DNA of 64,000 nucleotides from Octopus vulgaris (GCA_951406725.2 OX597830.1:32364001-32428000); one strand, 5' to 3'; positions 1 through 12,743 are shown, counted from the first letter of the stretch. Translations and numbers: made by a program. The notes: generated by a model from the letters alone, not told the origin.

Positions 1-60
1 AATCAGAGAAAGAGAGTATGTGTGAGTATATAAACACTTATAGCTATGTATGTATATATA

Positions 61-106
<46 letters not shown>

Positions 107-459
107 TGTGTATGTATAATGGTGTATATATGTGTGCACATAAACATTTATAATACGTATATAAATGTGTATGAACGTCTATATGTGTGAGTATGTGTAT
201 GATTATCTGTATGTTTATATATCTATATATGTGTGTATATGCATGTACAAAGGTATGAGTCTGAGTGTATGTATGTGTATGTGTGTATGTGTGCGTGAAA
301 GTGTGTGTGTGTGTGTGTGTGTGTGCATATGTGTGTATCTACATGTGTATGTGTGTGTGTGTATGAAAGTGTGTATATGTATGTGTGTGTGTGTGTTTAC
401 GTGCACCTGTTGTTATGCATGCATATCTATGTGTATGCATGTAAATGTGTGTTTGTGTG

Positions 460-492
<33 letters not shown>

Positions 493-614
493 TGTGTGTT
501 GTGTATGTGTGTGTTGGTTCAGAAATCAACTGAGAAGAAAGGGAATCAAAGAGATAGAGAGAGGGGGTAGGGAAACGGGAGAGAGAAAAATAGTAAAAGT
601 TACAGTTAGGGAGC

Positions 615-652
<38 letters not shown>

Positions 653-988
653 AGAGAGGGAGGAAAGAGAGCCACAGAAACTGAGAGAGGGAGATTTAGC
701 ATTAAACAAAGATATATATGAGAAAGAAGATAAGTTTTTAAATGAATAGATGGAGAGTGAGAGGCAAAGGGAAATAGAGAGAGAAAGAGAGAAAGGGTAG
801 ATGTATGACAGAAAGAGAGAGAGAGAGAATAAGAGAGAGAGAGAGAGAGAGAAAGGGTAGATGTATGACAGAAAGAGAGAGAGAGAGTGAGACAAAAAGA
901 CAAGCTGACAGACAGACAGAAAAACAGAGACAGACAGAAAGGCAGACAGATAGACAGACAGACAGAAAGACAGACAGATAGACAGATT

Positions 989-1058
<70 letters not shown>

Positions 1059-1462
1059 CAGGCAGATAGATAGAAAGGCAGACAAATATACAGACAGACA
1101 GAGAGATAGACAGAAAGAAAGACAGACAGATAGACAGATAGATTGATAGACAGACAGATAGAGAGATAGACAGACAGATAGATAGACAGACAGGCAAATA
1201 GACAGACACTGGAACAGTGGGAGAGAAAATGTGATGAAGAGATTTTGTAAATGATGAGAGAGGGAGAGAGTGAAGCAGAGAGAAGGTGAGAGAAGGAGGA
1301 TGGAAGGTGGAAAGTTAGAGCGAGAATGTAGGAGAGAGATTGATAGACATGAAACAAAAAGGAAGGAAGAGGTGTACACAGGTTCAAATAAAGGAGAGAA
1401 AAATAACCTCTGTGATGTGGAGAACAGAATCGGTAAATAATGAAAAAGAGGAGGAGAGACAA

Positions 1463-1501
<39 letters not shown>

Positions 1502-1526
1502 CACGCGTGTGTGTGTGTGTGTGTGT
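1..1526. repeat. Compound microsatellite field: (TA)n, (TG)n, (GA)n, (GATA/GACA)n
   Basis: Directly visible simple repeats; they account for the CV/IY/LSIY-repeat ORFs. Confidence 0.95.
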
Positions 1527-1533
1527 ATTATAT

Positions 1534-2560
1534 AGGCGCAGGTATGGCTGTGTAGTAAGAAGCGAGCTGGCAGAAACGGTAGCACACCGGGCGAAATGCT
1601 TAGCTGGTATTTCATCTGCCGCTATATTCTGAGTTCAAATTCTGCCAAGGTCAACTTTGCCTTTCATCCTTTCGGGGTCGATTAAACAAGTACCAATTAC
1701 GCACTGGGGTCGATGTAATCAACTTAATCCGTTTGTCTGTCTGTCCTTGTTTGTCCCCTCTGTGTTTAGCCCCTTGAGGGCAATAAAGAAATAGGTATTT
1801 TGTCTGCCTCTACGTTTTGAGTTCAAATTCTGCCGAGGTCGACTTTGCCTTTCATCCTTTCGGGGTCGATTAAACAAGTACCAGTTACGCACTGGCGTCG
1901 ATGTAATCGACTTTATCCGTTTGTCTGTCTGTCCTTGTTTGTCCCCTCTATGTTTAGCCCCTTGTGGGCAATAAAGAAATAAGAAACAATAGCACACCGG
2001 ATGAAATGCTTAACCAGTATTTCGTCTGCTGCAACATTCTGAGTTCAAATTCCACCGAGGTCGACTTTGCCTTTCATCCTTTCGGGGTCGATTAAACAAG
2101 TACCAGTTATGCACTGGGGTCGATGTAATTGACTTAATCCCTTTGTCTGTCCTTGTTTATCCGCTCTGTGTCTAGTCCCTTGTGGGCAGTAAAGAAATAA
2201 GAAGCTTGCTCCCCAACCACATGGTTCTGGGTTCAGTCCCACCGTGTGGCACCTGGGGCAAGTATCTTCTACTGTAACCTCAGGCTGACCAAAGTCTTGT
2301 GAGTGGATTCAGGAGATGGAAAATGAAAGAAGCCCATTGCATATACATATGCCTATGTCGGTATGCATATGTGTATGTGTGTATGCGTGTGTGTCTGTGT
2401 GTGTGTATGTATTTGTCCCCTACCACCACTTGACAACGTCCCTGTCACTTAGCGGTTTGGCAAAAATAAAAAAGTAAAAAACAAGAAGAAAGTACTGGGG
2501 TCAACCTAAATTTCTTCAAGGTTGTGTCCCAGCATGGCAGCAGTCTAATGATTGAAACAA
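1534..2560 (+). mobile_element. tRNA-derived SINE family A, interrupted by a SINE-B1 trimer
   Basis: Head GGCGCAGGTATGGCTGTGTAGTAAGAAGC (1535-1563) resumes at 2206 with TTGCTCCCCAACCACATGGTTCTGGGTTCAGTCCC; family tail CCAGCATGGCAGCAGTCTAATGATTGAAACAA; TAAGAAGC duplicated at 1556-1563 and 2198-2205. Confidence 0.88.
1564..2199 (+). mobile_element. Three head-to-tail SINE-B1 units
   Basis: Three copies of GAGTTCAAAT (B-box-like)...GCCTTTCATCCTTTCGGGGTCGATTAAACAAGTACC...CCTTG[A/T]GGGCA[A/G]TAAAGAAATA, ending at 1793, 1981 and 2199. Confidence 0.9.
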
Positions 2561-2634
2561 ATATATCCACAGACAGATAGAGAGGGAGGGGAGGGGGAGA
2601 GGGGAAGGGAAAAGGAGAGGGAGGAAGGGAGAGC

Positions 2635-2687
2635 GGTAGATAGATAGATAGATAGATTATTAGATAGACAGACAAACAGATAGTTAT

Positions 2688-2760
<73 letters not shown>

Positions 2761-2862
2761 CAGATAGATAGATAGACGGACATCAGGCAAGCAGACAGAC
2801 AGACAGACAGACAGACAGATAGATAGACTGACAAACAGACAGACAGATCGATGGATAGATAA

Positions 2863-2893
<31 letters not shown>

Positions 2894-2907
2894 AATAGAT
2901 GGATAGA

Positions 2908-3003
<96 letters not shown>

Positions 3004-3115
3004 CCAACACAGATGGAAATTTGGTGTAACTAAATGTGTGAGAGGTAGATACAGAAAATATAACATCAAATGAGAGAAATAAAGAAAAATTATTTTGGTT
3101 CTGTTGAGAGAGAGA

Positions 3116-3159
<44 letters not shown>

Positions 3160-3190
3160 TGTGTGTGTGTGTGCATGTTTGTGTGTGTGT
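2635..3190. repeat. (GATA/GACA)n, (GA)n, (GT)n microsatellites
   Basis: Directly visible. Confidence 0.95.
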
Positions 3191-3852
3191 TTTTTGTGGT
3201 GAACTAAGTGACAGTGGAATGGATGAAAAAGCGAGAAGTGGGGAGGGACTGGGAGTGGGAGAGAGAGAGGAGCAGAGAAGGAGTAAGGATAATTGTTCAG
3301 TTTCCAGAGACAGACAGTGCATGATGTGCGTGGCTGTGTGTAGGTGTGTACACTCTTACACACACACACACACACACATGTATATATATATATATATATT
3401 AAGGTATGTAGAAAAATACAACATGGACAAGAACGTATAACTCTTAGAAGACGACACAATAAACACGGACAGGACATTCGAAACCCTCAGTCTTCAGTCA
3501 AGAACCGGATCATCGTAGTAATTTCGGCTGATTAATCTTGAGATTACTAGATCACGGCCAGCCCTCCAAGAAAAACCAAGCAACGAGCATTAGAAAAACT
3601 AAGCTGGAAGCGTAGATTTCCTGGAAGAAGGATCGAATGCATACGAACACCAGGACAGCAAAAGGGACAGATATAAAAAAACAAAAAACAATAATGGAAT
3701 ACAGAAACATGAAATACAGAAGCATTAACGGTGAAAACAACAGTGTCTTACGACTGATAACAAGCAAACAAATTTTTTCTCTGGCGCAATGGAAAAGCCT
3801 TTATAGTGGCGGACGAAAACAGCGTATATATATATATATATATATATATATA

Positions 3853-3888
<36 letters not shown>

Positions 3889-4024
3889 TAGGATGAAAGA
3901 GAGATAGGGAGATAAATGAATGGAGTGACCTTCAATAAGGGAATGTATAGACATGTTTAAAATTGTGTCTATTTAGTAGAGAATGGATGCTGTCTGTAAT
4001 TGGAAGCTTGGAAGCAGTAAAGAC

Positions 4025-4369
4025 TATGGTGGTGGTGGTGGTGGTGGTGGTGGCGGTGGTGGTTGGGGAGGGTGTTGACGGCAGCGGTAGTGGTGATGTA
4101 TTGATGTTGGTTGTAGTGGTGGTGGTAGTGACGGTGTGGTGGTGGTGGTGGTGGGTATGGTTTTGGTTATGGTGCCTGTAGTGGTGATGGTGATGGTGAT
4201 GGTGATGGTGATGGTGGTAGTTTTGGCGGTTGAGTGTTGGTAGTGGTGATGCTAACGGTGGAGGTAATAGTGTTGGTGGTGGTGGTGCTGGTGCTGGTGG
4301 TACTACCTGTGGCAGTGGTAGTTGTGGTGGTGGTTGTGGTGGTGGCAGTGGCAATGATGCTGCTGTTGG

Positions 4370-4467
<98 letters not shown>

Positions 4468-4473
4468 TGATGG

Positions 4474-4514
<41 letters not shown>

Positions 4515-4535
4515 GTGATGATGATGGTGATGAAG
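4025..4535. repeat. (GGT)n/(GAT)n trinucleotide tract
   Basis: Directly visible; source of poly-V/D/M/H ORFs. Confidence 0.95.
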
Positions 4536-4669
4536 GTTTCTGATAGCAGGGATGAAGATAATGGAGGTCACTTGTGACAATGTTCCTGATAAATCTGACA
4601 GGAATGTGAGGAGGGGAGGAGGAGTTGATGGTCATGCTGAAGAAGATAGTGCGACACAGTGATGCTAGT

Positions 4670-5070
4670 AATGGCATGGCTGTGTGGTAAGAAGCTTGCT
4701 TCCCAACCACATAGTTCCAGGTTCAGTCCTATCACACGGCACCTTGGGTATGTGTTTTCTACTATAAACTCAAGCCAACCAAAACCTTGTGAGTGGATTT
4801 GGAAGACGGAAACTGAAAGAGGCCTGTTATGTGTGCTTGTGCATGTGTGTGTGTGCTTGTGCATGTGTGTGTGTGTGTGCACTTGCCCCACCGCCACCAC
4901 CACCGCCACTTCACAACCAGTGTTGGTATGTTTATACCTCCGTAACCTAGCAGTTCAGCAAAAGTGACTGACAGAATAAGTACATACTGTGTCCAATTCA
5001 TTGAACTGAAGAGTTCTTCAGGACCGTGCTCCAGCATGGCCGCAACCCACTGGCTGGGAGCAGGTAAACA
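4670..5070 (+). mobile_element. SINE family A
   Basis: TGGCTGTGTGGTAAGAAGCTTGCTTCCCAACCAC head, central (TG)n, CCAGCATGGCCGCA tail, as in the other copies. Confidence 0.88.
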
Positions 5071-5102
5071 GTAGTCCCTCTCTCTCTCTCTCTCTCTCTC
5101 TA

Positions 5103-5140
<38 letters not shown>

Positions 5141-5155
5141 CATATATATAGATAC

Positions 5156-5188
<33 letters not shown>

Positions 5189-5410
5189 CTTTATTCAAAA
5201 GCAGCAGAAAATTCAACAAAACCTGTTACTCTGAGTTTCACGTTCCCGTTCGTCGGACAGTTTTTTGCTTGTCCGACGAACGGGAACGTGAAACTCAGAG
5301 TAACAGGTTTTGTTGAATTTTCTGCTGCTTTTGAATAAAGCATATTACTCTACCACTGGTATTTGAGTACTCTTTTTTCCACCTTGTTTCACATTTATGT
5401 GTTTACTCCG
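5189..5410 (+). mobile_element. Fold-back PLE-type non-autonomous element (family P2) with hammerhead-like motif
   Basis: Perfect 71-bp inverted arms 5189-5259 and 5270-5340 plus a 70-bp one-sided extension; CCGACGA-ACG GGAA CGT-GAAACTCAGAGTA-ACAG fold; AATAAA downstream; embedded in (TA)n. Confidence 0.75.
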
Positions 5411-5411
5411 G

Positions 5412-5442
<31 letters not shown>

Positions 5443-5544
5443 CTTGCTTTCTTTCTCTCTCTCTCTCCCTCTCTTTATATGTATATATATGATGGACTCT
5501 CCGATCGTTGGACGACGTATAAGGGTTTGACAATTTTTTACCGA

Positions 5545-5792
5545 ACAACCACACAGATGTTTTGTTTATAGTAATCAAATATTTGTGTAAACATAAGCTC
5601 CGTCCCTCCATCAGATTAGCATTACCTGTACAGGTGCAACTGGGTGCCCCATGTCAGAGGTCAAAATGATCGCAGAGCAACGTGAAATGAAGGGCTTTGC
5701 TCAAGAACACAACGCAACGCCCGCTCTGGGAATCGAACCCACGGTCTCGCAATCGTGAGTGCAACACCTTAACTACTAAGCTATGCACCTTT
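5545..5792 (-). mobile_element. tRNA-derived SINE (family D, CORE-like)
   Basis: Minus-strand head TAGCTTAGTAGTTAAGGTGTTGCACTCACGATTGCGAGACCGTGGGTTCGATTCCC, then TGTGTTCTTGAGCAAAG; similar copy at about 26400-26660 (+). Confidence 0.75.
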
Positions 5793-5795
5793 ATA

Positions 5796-5840
<45 letters not shown>

Positions 5841-5864
5841 CTGTCTGTGTGTATTCGCCATGAT

Positions 5865-6040
5865 AGATCGCTAGCCACTACACATTATTTTCTCTCCTTG
5901 TTTCTTTCTGTATTCCTTTCTGTGGAAGAGCGTAGGCGCTCGAAACGTTAAAAACTTTTTCACTTCCCGAGCGTTATACTAATACATCTGTTTGTTGTCT
6001 ACACCACCTGTCTTCGTCTTTTTTTGTGAATTGTCCCTAT
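5865..6040 (+). mobile_element. Family P3 short repeat with hammerhead-like motif
   Basis: Same about 180-bp unit as at 6323, 27955, 30676 and 37745; ends in (TA)n. Confidence 0.7.
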
Positions 6041-6055
6041 ATATATATATATATA

Positions 6056-6273
6056 CACCAGAGTAAGCACATAAATGTGAAACAAGGTGAAAAAAAGAGT
6101 ACTCAAATACCAGAGGTAGAGTAATATGGTTTATTTAAAAGCAGCAGAAATATAACAAAAGCTGTTACTCAGAGTTTCACGTTCCCGTCCGTCGGACATA
6201 ACAGAACTGTCCGACGAACGGGAACGTGAAACTCGGAGTAACAGCTTTTGTTATATTTTGGTGCTTTTAAATA
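6056..6273 (-). mobile_element. Second fold-back P2 element, opposite orientation
   Basis: Arms about 6132-6198 and 6208-6273; extension 6058-6131 is the reverse complement of 5341-5410; flanked by (TA)n. Confidence 0.75.
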
Positions 6274-6322
<49 letters not shown>

Positions 6323-6326
<4 letters not shown>

Positions 6327-6548
6327 CGCCATGTTGATTCGCTAGCTTCTGCACGCATTTTTTCTCTCTCCTTGTTTCTCTCCTTGTTTCTCTCCGTGTT
6401 TCTTTTCTGTGTATCTTTCTGTTGAAGAGCGTAGGCTCGAAACGTAAAAGACTTGTTTTATTTATATCCCTGAGCGCCATACTAATACAATTGTTTGTTT
6501 GTATTCCATCTGCCTTCGTCTTTTGTTTATTTTCATAAAGCTCCCCGT
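6323..6548 (+). mobile_element. Family P3 repeat with hammerhead-like motif
   Basis: CTTT-CTGTTGA-A-GAGC GTAG GCTC-GAAAC-GTA-AAAG at 6415-6450. Confidence 0.72.
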
Positions 6549-6579
6549 TATATACATATAGATAATATACATATGTAGA

Positions 6580-6775
6580 CAATTCAAATAAAGGAATTAA
6601 AAATAAAACACGCAAAAGGAAAATGAAAAACGAACGTGAAGATATGCATTAGAAATGTAATAGCTTGACGCTGTGTGAAAGGAGAGAATCTGATGTTTCG
6701 AGCATAGCTCTTCGTCGGAATGAAGAGAGGGAAAGGTCCAAAGAGGGAGAAAAAAAATCGCCAATGGTGATATAT
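6580..6775 (-). mobile_element. P3-related repeat (P4) with hammerhead-like motif
   Basis: Minus strand reads CCGACGA-A-GAGC TAT GCTC-GAAAC near 6695-6720; related decayed copy at about 58960-59140. Confidence 0.55.
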
Positions 6776-6829
6776 AATGTATCTTTTCTCTCTCTCTCTT
6801 TTTTTTTTCGCTTTTTTTCTTTAATAACA

Positions 6830-7195
6830 CTGCTGCTATGCTGAGGTTGTGTTTTGAAGGGTTTTAGTCGAACGAATCAACCCCAATATAATTTCTCTGT
6901 GGCACTTTTCCTATCGGTCTCTTTTACCTAATAGTTAAGGGTACAAACAAACCAGCACCCGTTGTCAAATGATGGTGTGGACAAACACAGACCCACACAC
7001 AAACACACAGAGATGTGAAACACCCCCCACACTCACACACATATACACGATGGACTTCTTTCAGTTTCCGCCTCACAAGGCTTTGGTCTGCCCGAAGCTA
7101 TAGTAGAAACACTTGCCTTAGTTTCCACGCATAGTACCGAACCAGGAACCATGAGGTTGGGAAGCAAGCTTCATACCACACAGCCACTCCAGTGC
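6830..7195 (-). mobile_element. SINE family A (diverged)
   Basis: Reverse complement of the family A head (…GGGAAGCAAGCTTCATACCACACAGCCACTCC) and body. Confidence 0.8.
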
Positions 7196-7732
7196 CTACA
7201 TATGTATACGTACATGTATATGTACGTGTGTTTAAAACACTCGACTGTAATCGAACATGACAAGACTTTACACTGCTGGAATAGTTCTGGAAGAAAATAC
7301 TCCATCAACACTTATATGCACATTTTATTTTGGGATGTGAGTAACGTAATTGGTTCATAGGATGCATGCTTTTCTACATCATTCCTCTAAGAGAACTTTC
7401 TTCTGCGTCTGTTTCTACAGCGAAAGTCCTTATCACATCCGATTACACTCGGACGACGTCTTAAACATGACTTCACACAAATATATATATATTTTTTCAA
7501 ACGCTTCTTCCAGCGACATAATTTATTAAATTCTAGCTTGACAAATTGGTACGCACATCAATAAACATTCCACTTGTTTTCTTAAGTATAATTTGTGAGG
7601 CTGTGAACGATTGAGCTGGTTTTCGTGACTGACGAAGTGAAATGTCACAGAAACACGTGCGTCCTACAATTCAATGATGCCACTCACAGACCAAAATAAA
7701 ATGTCTACTTACACAAGTCTCTCTCTCTTTCT

Positions 7733-7799
<67 letters not shown>

Positions 7800-7804
7800 T
7801 ATAC

Positions 7805-7835
<31 letters not shown>

Positions 7836-7868
7836 TATACATATATATACATATATATATATACGTAC

Positions 7869-7934
<66 letters not shown>

Positions 7935-8109
7935 CTATATATATGTATACACCTATATATATATATGAATATACTTAGATTTTGTATCTGGCTATATATA
8001 TGTATAAATATACGATACACATATGCACATTCACCCACATATATCTATATATATATAAAACTCAACTTGTGTGTCTGTGTATGTATCTGTGTGTGTGTCT
8101 CCTCCTAGC

Positions 8110-8532
8110 CAACAAATCGTAGAACCACCAAAAATGGGTCACTTAAAGTTTAGGCGAATGAAAATTGAACTGCACTATTTCTGTTCCGAAATTCATCTCG
8201 CAAGTGCAAAAATCGATAATGTGTTTGTTTAGGCCTTATCCCATGCATTGAATAGTGAACTTTACTCAGTCAGCTATTTGACGTGAACTGTGTTCACCAC
8301 GCGTGCAAGCATGCGTAAATTGCATGAAAAATTAAAAAAATCAAGATATAAAAACGAATCGCCGTAAACATCGTAGAAATTCGGCAAAGAAATGAATTTT
8401 CGGGATGTGGCCTGGAGGGTTTTTTCGTATTAATCGTTTGGACTTTGTGAACACATACCAATTGTTTTCATAACATTTTTAACGCTTTGAATCAAATGTG
8501 ACCATTTTGCAAAGCCGGGCAATACAGCTAGT
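8110..8532. mobile_element. Probable non-autonomous Helitron/Helentron-type element
   Basis: Terminus GCAAAGCCGGGCAATACAGCTAGT resembles CTAG-ended rolling-circle element ends; only one end recognised. Confidence 0.45.
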
Positions 8533-8586
<54 letters not shown>

Positions 8587-8659
8587 TTAGATGTATGCAC
8601 ACATACATTTATATATGTAAACATATACACACATATACGCATACACGCACACATATATT

Positions 8660-8835
8660 GTTTCAAATTGTGGCACAAGACCAGCAATTTCGGAGGAAGT
8701 GATAAGTTGATTACATCGATCCCAGTGTTCAGCTGGTACTTGTTTTACCGACCCCAAAAGGATGAAAAGCGAAGTCGGCCTCGGTAGAATTTGAACTCAG
8801 AAAGTGAACGCATACGAAATGCCGCCAAGGTTGCC
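8660..8835 (-). mobile_element. SINE family B
   Basis: Reverse complement of the B core (GGTACTTGTTTTACCGACCCCAAAAGGATGAAA…GAATTTGAACTCAGAA). Confidence 0.8.
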
Positions 8836-8882
8836 ACCTCCATACACACATACATACATACATACATACATACATACATACA

Positions 8883-8916
<34 letters not shown>

Positions 8917-9299
8917 CAAACATACATACAAACATACATGAATGCAAGATCTCAACAAGAGACGTCAAAAGTCAAGATTTTGCTTTTAAAGTTGCTAACC
9001 GGTGCAGCGCCATGCAATACAACATATTAACATCTGAGGGAAAGCACAACGAATGTGGAAGGTCGCAACTACATAGAAAGGAATTTATGCAAAGTATGGG
9101 AGTTTAGTTCACAAGTGATCTAAACGATTAGGTACGCTAGGCAAGTGCTGTAACGGATTACTAGGGCTCCAAAGTTATAGCTGAGACGGTAGTTATGGAG
9201 CCATTGCAGATTTCCGATATTTAATTGTTAAAGAGGACAACAAACGTTAGGACAAGGCAAACATTTCAAGTCGTATACATTATTATTACTGGAAAAAAT

Positions 9300-11590
9300 T
9301 CAAAGTCTTACAGCTGTTTCTGGGATATCCCCGGATATGGAATATACCGTCATCAGAGACAAATATGGAAAAGGAATTAATGTAGAATATGTGAAATTCG
9401 AAGTTCCCACAAGTATGAACTTTTGCAATTCCCTTTTTTGGGGCTGCCTGGAATTGGGTCTACATATTTGCTTGCTCCTCTTGATATCATTCAAAGTGCT
9501 CCAATAATAATGGGTGGTGTTGATTCCTTGAGATGCCACATTCTTCTGACTCAGTTCCTTATATTTTTTCTCAGTTCTATCAAGCGTTTTCAGATATGTG
9601 TTCTTGTCAGCTGAGGGCTACAACATCAATCAAATGACAAGTCTTTTCAAAATGACATTTCACAATGATATCTGATCAGTTAGCCTGTGTTTTCCTATTA
9701 GTTTGAACACTGAAATTGCAAAGGATAGTAACCTCGGCATTCTGCACAACTTGTGTTCGGTGTTCCCACCAGTTCCCTTTGCGAAGAAAGTCGCATGTGC
9801 AGTATGTTGACCTGTATATGTATTAAGCTGCCCTGTCATGCCTTTGCAAATACTCTGTTAATGTCACTCGGTTGTATTTAGAGATTATGTGGTCAATCGC
9901 CTCTGGACGCTTTCCCCATACGCGGCAAGGTGTGCTGCTTTCAAGTTTCAGAACATCTCTCAGGCAATTCCTTGTTGGAAGGGACTGATTCCGAATAGCA
10001 ATAACTTACCATCAGCTTTTGGTTAGAGACGAGAGCATGTCGGTTATAAATGGATAAGAGGTTCATCTATATCAGGACCCTTGGTTCTGCTATGGTATTT
10101 TCCATGAAACAGCGGTTTTGTCTCCATTTCTCTTTGATGTATTGAAGGCTGTTTTGTGGTTTTTTCATAATTACGTTGTAAAAACAAGTTAGCTTTTTGT
10201 GTGAGTTTGTAAACCCATTAAAGCCAATAGACTGAGATCGTATCTATACTAGGTGACTTCCATTTACTGGATACTCATTTTCTTCACTGTTCTCTTCCCA
10301 TATTTGTTCTCCTATAAGCTCAACATCTCCTTTTTGTCTGTTCATCCATGGGGCATCAAATTTATGCTCCTTTTCTTCAGTCCAAACTTTTCTCTTGAAC
10401 TCAAGTATTTCATGCTCTAAAAGAACTTCTATTTTGCTGGTACTCTTTCCAATGTGCCTATAGAACTTCTTTGGGTTAATTTTAAACATGCTATTATTTT
10501 TGAAGAACTTGGACCGTTTTTTCAAAGCAGCGAACACGCGTGGCTTTGGCCTGCCTTTCCTGTCTTGTCTTCTCCATTACATCATCAAATTGGTCTTCTG
10601 ACTTTAATTCATATATTCTCACCACTTTTCTCTTCTTCGATGGTTTCATATTATAATTATTGCTTATTTTTTTCAACATTTCTATCTCGACTTGTTTCCA
10701 AATTTTTTTCTAATCCCGTTGGTCTTTTATGAGGATTTGCCAGTTAATTCTTTAGTTTTACACCATACATTTTGGCACAGACTGTAGCAGCAGCGCAGAG
10801 TACCTCATTCAAGTATGCAATGTCTAGTTCATTATCATTTACAATGGACTTAAAGGTCGTATTCACCTGACAGATTATTTTGTCATTCTTTTTACCATTG
10901 CTAATCTCAGGAAGGTCACTGCGTTCTTTCATGTCTATATTTTGGACTTTGATCCATTCTGCAATTATCTGTTCTTCATGTTCTGTCAGATCACTTGTCG
11001 TGATATCAACATTATTTATTTCCGACAAATTGTTGGTAATCTCATCAGCATGTTCATCTGCGATGGTTTGATCCCCAGGGAGTGCATTTAAGTTCTTTCT
11101 GACTGTGTGTCGTGTTGTTTACCTCTTCCTGTAAAGATTTTACTGCATTGGCTCTGGGATTTTTTTTTATTTCCTTTCTGTTAATTTGCGAGTTGCATTC
11201 GCTGGTTTGTTTCTCTGATTTACATTTCCTCTTATTTGGTCAGTTGCAACGATGATCAACAGATACCATTTGATAATATTTCTTCATATATTTGCAAGTT
11301 TGCTTCTGTTTATGTTCAGTCTTATGTTAGAATTCTTTTCTCTCCAAATTCACTATGTTTGTTTGTTCAGTATTTGAAACTTCTTATGGAGGATAGATGG
11401 AGAATATCAGACTTCCTTCTGATTGACGATATCGGACTTCCCGTGTCCTTGATGGACTGTCTTCACCATGGCTTTGCCAAGCACGTCGAGCGTCCCATCT
11501 ACCCCTATTTAGTATCTCCCTTTGTGGTACACCTATTCTCTGGAGGACGATCTCTGTCCTTTTGTTTTTCTTTGGGGTACTCATTATCAT
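9300..11590 (-). pseudogene. Decayed R4/Dong-clade non-LTR retrotransposon, RT domain apparently deleted
   Basis: Minus-strand peptides NSMFKINPKKFYRHIG…VWTEEKEHKFDAPW (pre-RT region), PCRVWGKRPEAIDHIISK…EYLQRHDRAA (CCHC knuckle), VVQNAEVTILCNFSVQTNRKTQAN*SDIIV…LIDV (restriction-like endonuclease) and PIIIGAL…ELQKFILVGT (C-terminus); many stops and frameshifts. Confidence 0.8.
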
Positions 11591-11599
11591 TATAATGAT

Positions 11600-12123
11600 A
11601 AAACAAGTACCAGCTGAGCACTAGGGTCTATGCAATTGATTTGGCCCTCCGCCAAAATTTCTGGCTTTATGCCTGTCGTAGAAAGGATTATTATTATTGT
11701 TGTTGTTGTTATTTTGGTTTGGATTAAGGCGACGAGCTGGCAGAAACGTTAGCACGCCGAGCGAAATGCTTTGCGGTATTTCGTCTGCCGCTATGTTCTG
11801 AGTTCAAATTCCGCCGAGGTCGACTTTGCCTTTCATCCTTTCGGGGTCGATTAAATAAGTACCAGTCACGCACTGCGGTCGATGTAATCGACTTAATCCG
11901 TTTGTCTGTCCTTGTTTGTCCCCTCTATGTTTAGCCCCTTGTGGGTAGTAAAGAAATAGGTGTTTCACCCGTCGCCACGTTCTGAGTTCAAATTCCACCG
12001 AGGTCGACTTTGCCTTTCATCCTTTCGGAGTCGATAAAATAAGTACCAGTTGCATACTGGGATCGATCTAATCGACTGACCCCCACCTCCAAATTTCTGG
12101 CCTTGTGCCTTTAGTAGAAAGGA

Positions 12124-12170
<47 letters not shown>

Positions 12171-12400
12171 TTGGTTTGACTTAAGGTGGCGAGCTGGCAG
12201 AATCGTTAGCACGCTGGACGAAATGCTTTACGTATTTCGCCCGTCGCTAAGTTTTGAGTTCAAATTCTGCGGAGATCGACTTTGCCTACCATCCTTTCGG
12301 GATCGATAAAATAAGTACCAGTTGAGCACGGGGTGGGGGGGGCGGTAATCGACTCATCCCCACCTTCCCAAGCTGCCCTTTTGACAAAAATTTGAAATAA
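11600..12400 (+). mobile_element. Chain of SINE-B copies (B1 at 11726-11958 joined to B2; further B2 copies) separated by (ATT)n
   Basis: Repeated AAGGC/T…GAGCTGGCAGAA heads and GCCTTTCATCCTTTCGG cores. Confidence 0.88.
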
Positions 12401-12424
12401 TTAATTTGGTTTGGCTCAGGTTCA

Positions 12425-12645
12425 ATCTTATTCCTGGTAGGGATTATATGGATAACGGATTACTACCTGTAACCTTACATATCCAAAAGTTTTCAGTAGT
12501 CTTTCAAGTGCTTAGAACATTCCTGATAATCCTTGCTGTCCCTAAGAGACAAACTTTCCGTAGGAGCTCTACCAGGCATTTTATTTCAATTTCTTTCGCC
12601 TATTTGTCTATCTCTTGGCTTGCTGTTCCGAACGCACATAATGAT
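12425..12645 (-). pseudogene. 3' end of an R4/Dong-clade LINE
   Basis: Minus-strand AFGTASQEIDK*AKEIEIKCLVELLRKVCLLGTARIIRNVLST*; abuts (TTA/AAT)n. Confidence 0.72.
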
Positions 12646-12666
12646 TATTGTTGTTATTAATAATAG

Positions 12667-12743
<77 letters not shown>

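Noticed and set aside
165-3477. Long ORFs (400, 310, 227 aa and others)
   Set aside because: Translations of (GATA)n, (GA)n and (TG)n tracts that lack stops by composition; the same applies to most of the ORF track
3400-3825. Hammerhead in the complex segment (minus strand CTGAAGA…TTCGAATGTC)
   Set aside because: No convincing stem II or GAAA; probably an interspersed repeat, but single in this window and unclassifiable
5189-5340. miRNA precursor or transcription terminator
   Set aside because: Perfect arms, a second diverged copy and a shared one-sided extension point to a mobile element; small-RNA production is not excluded
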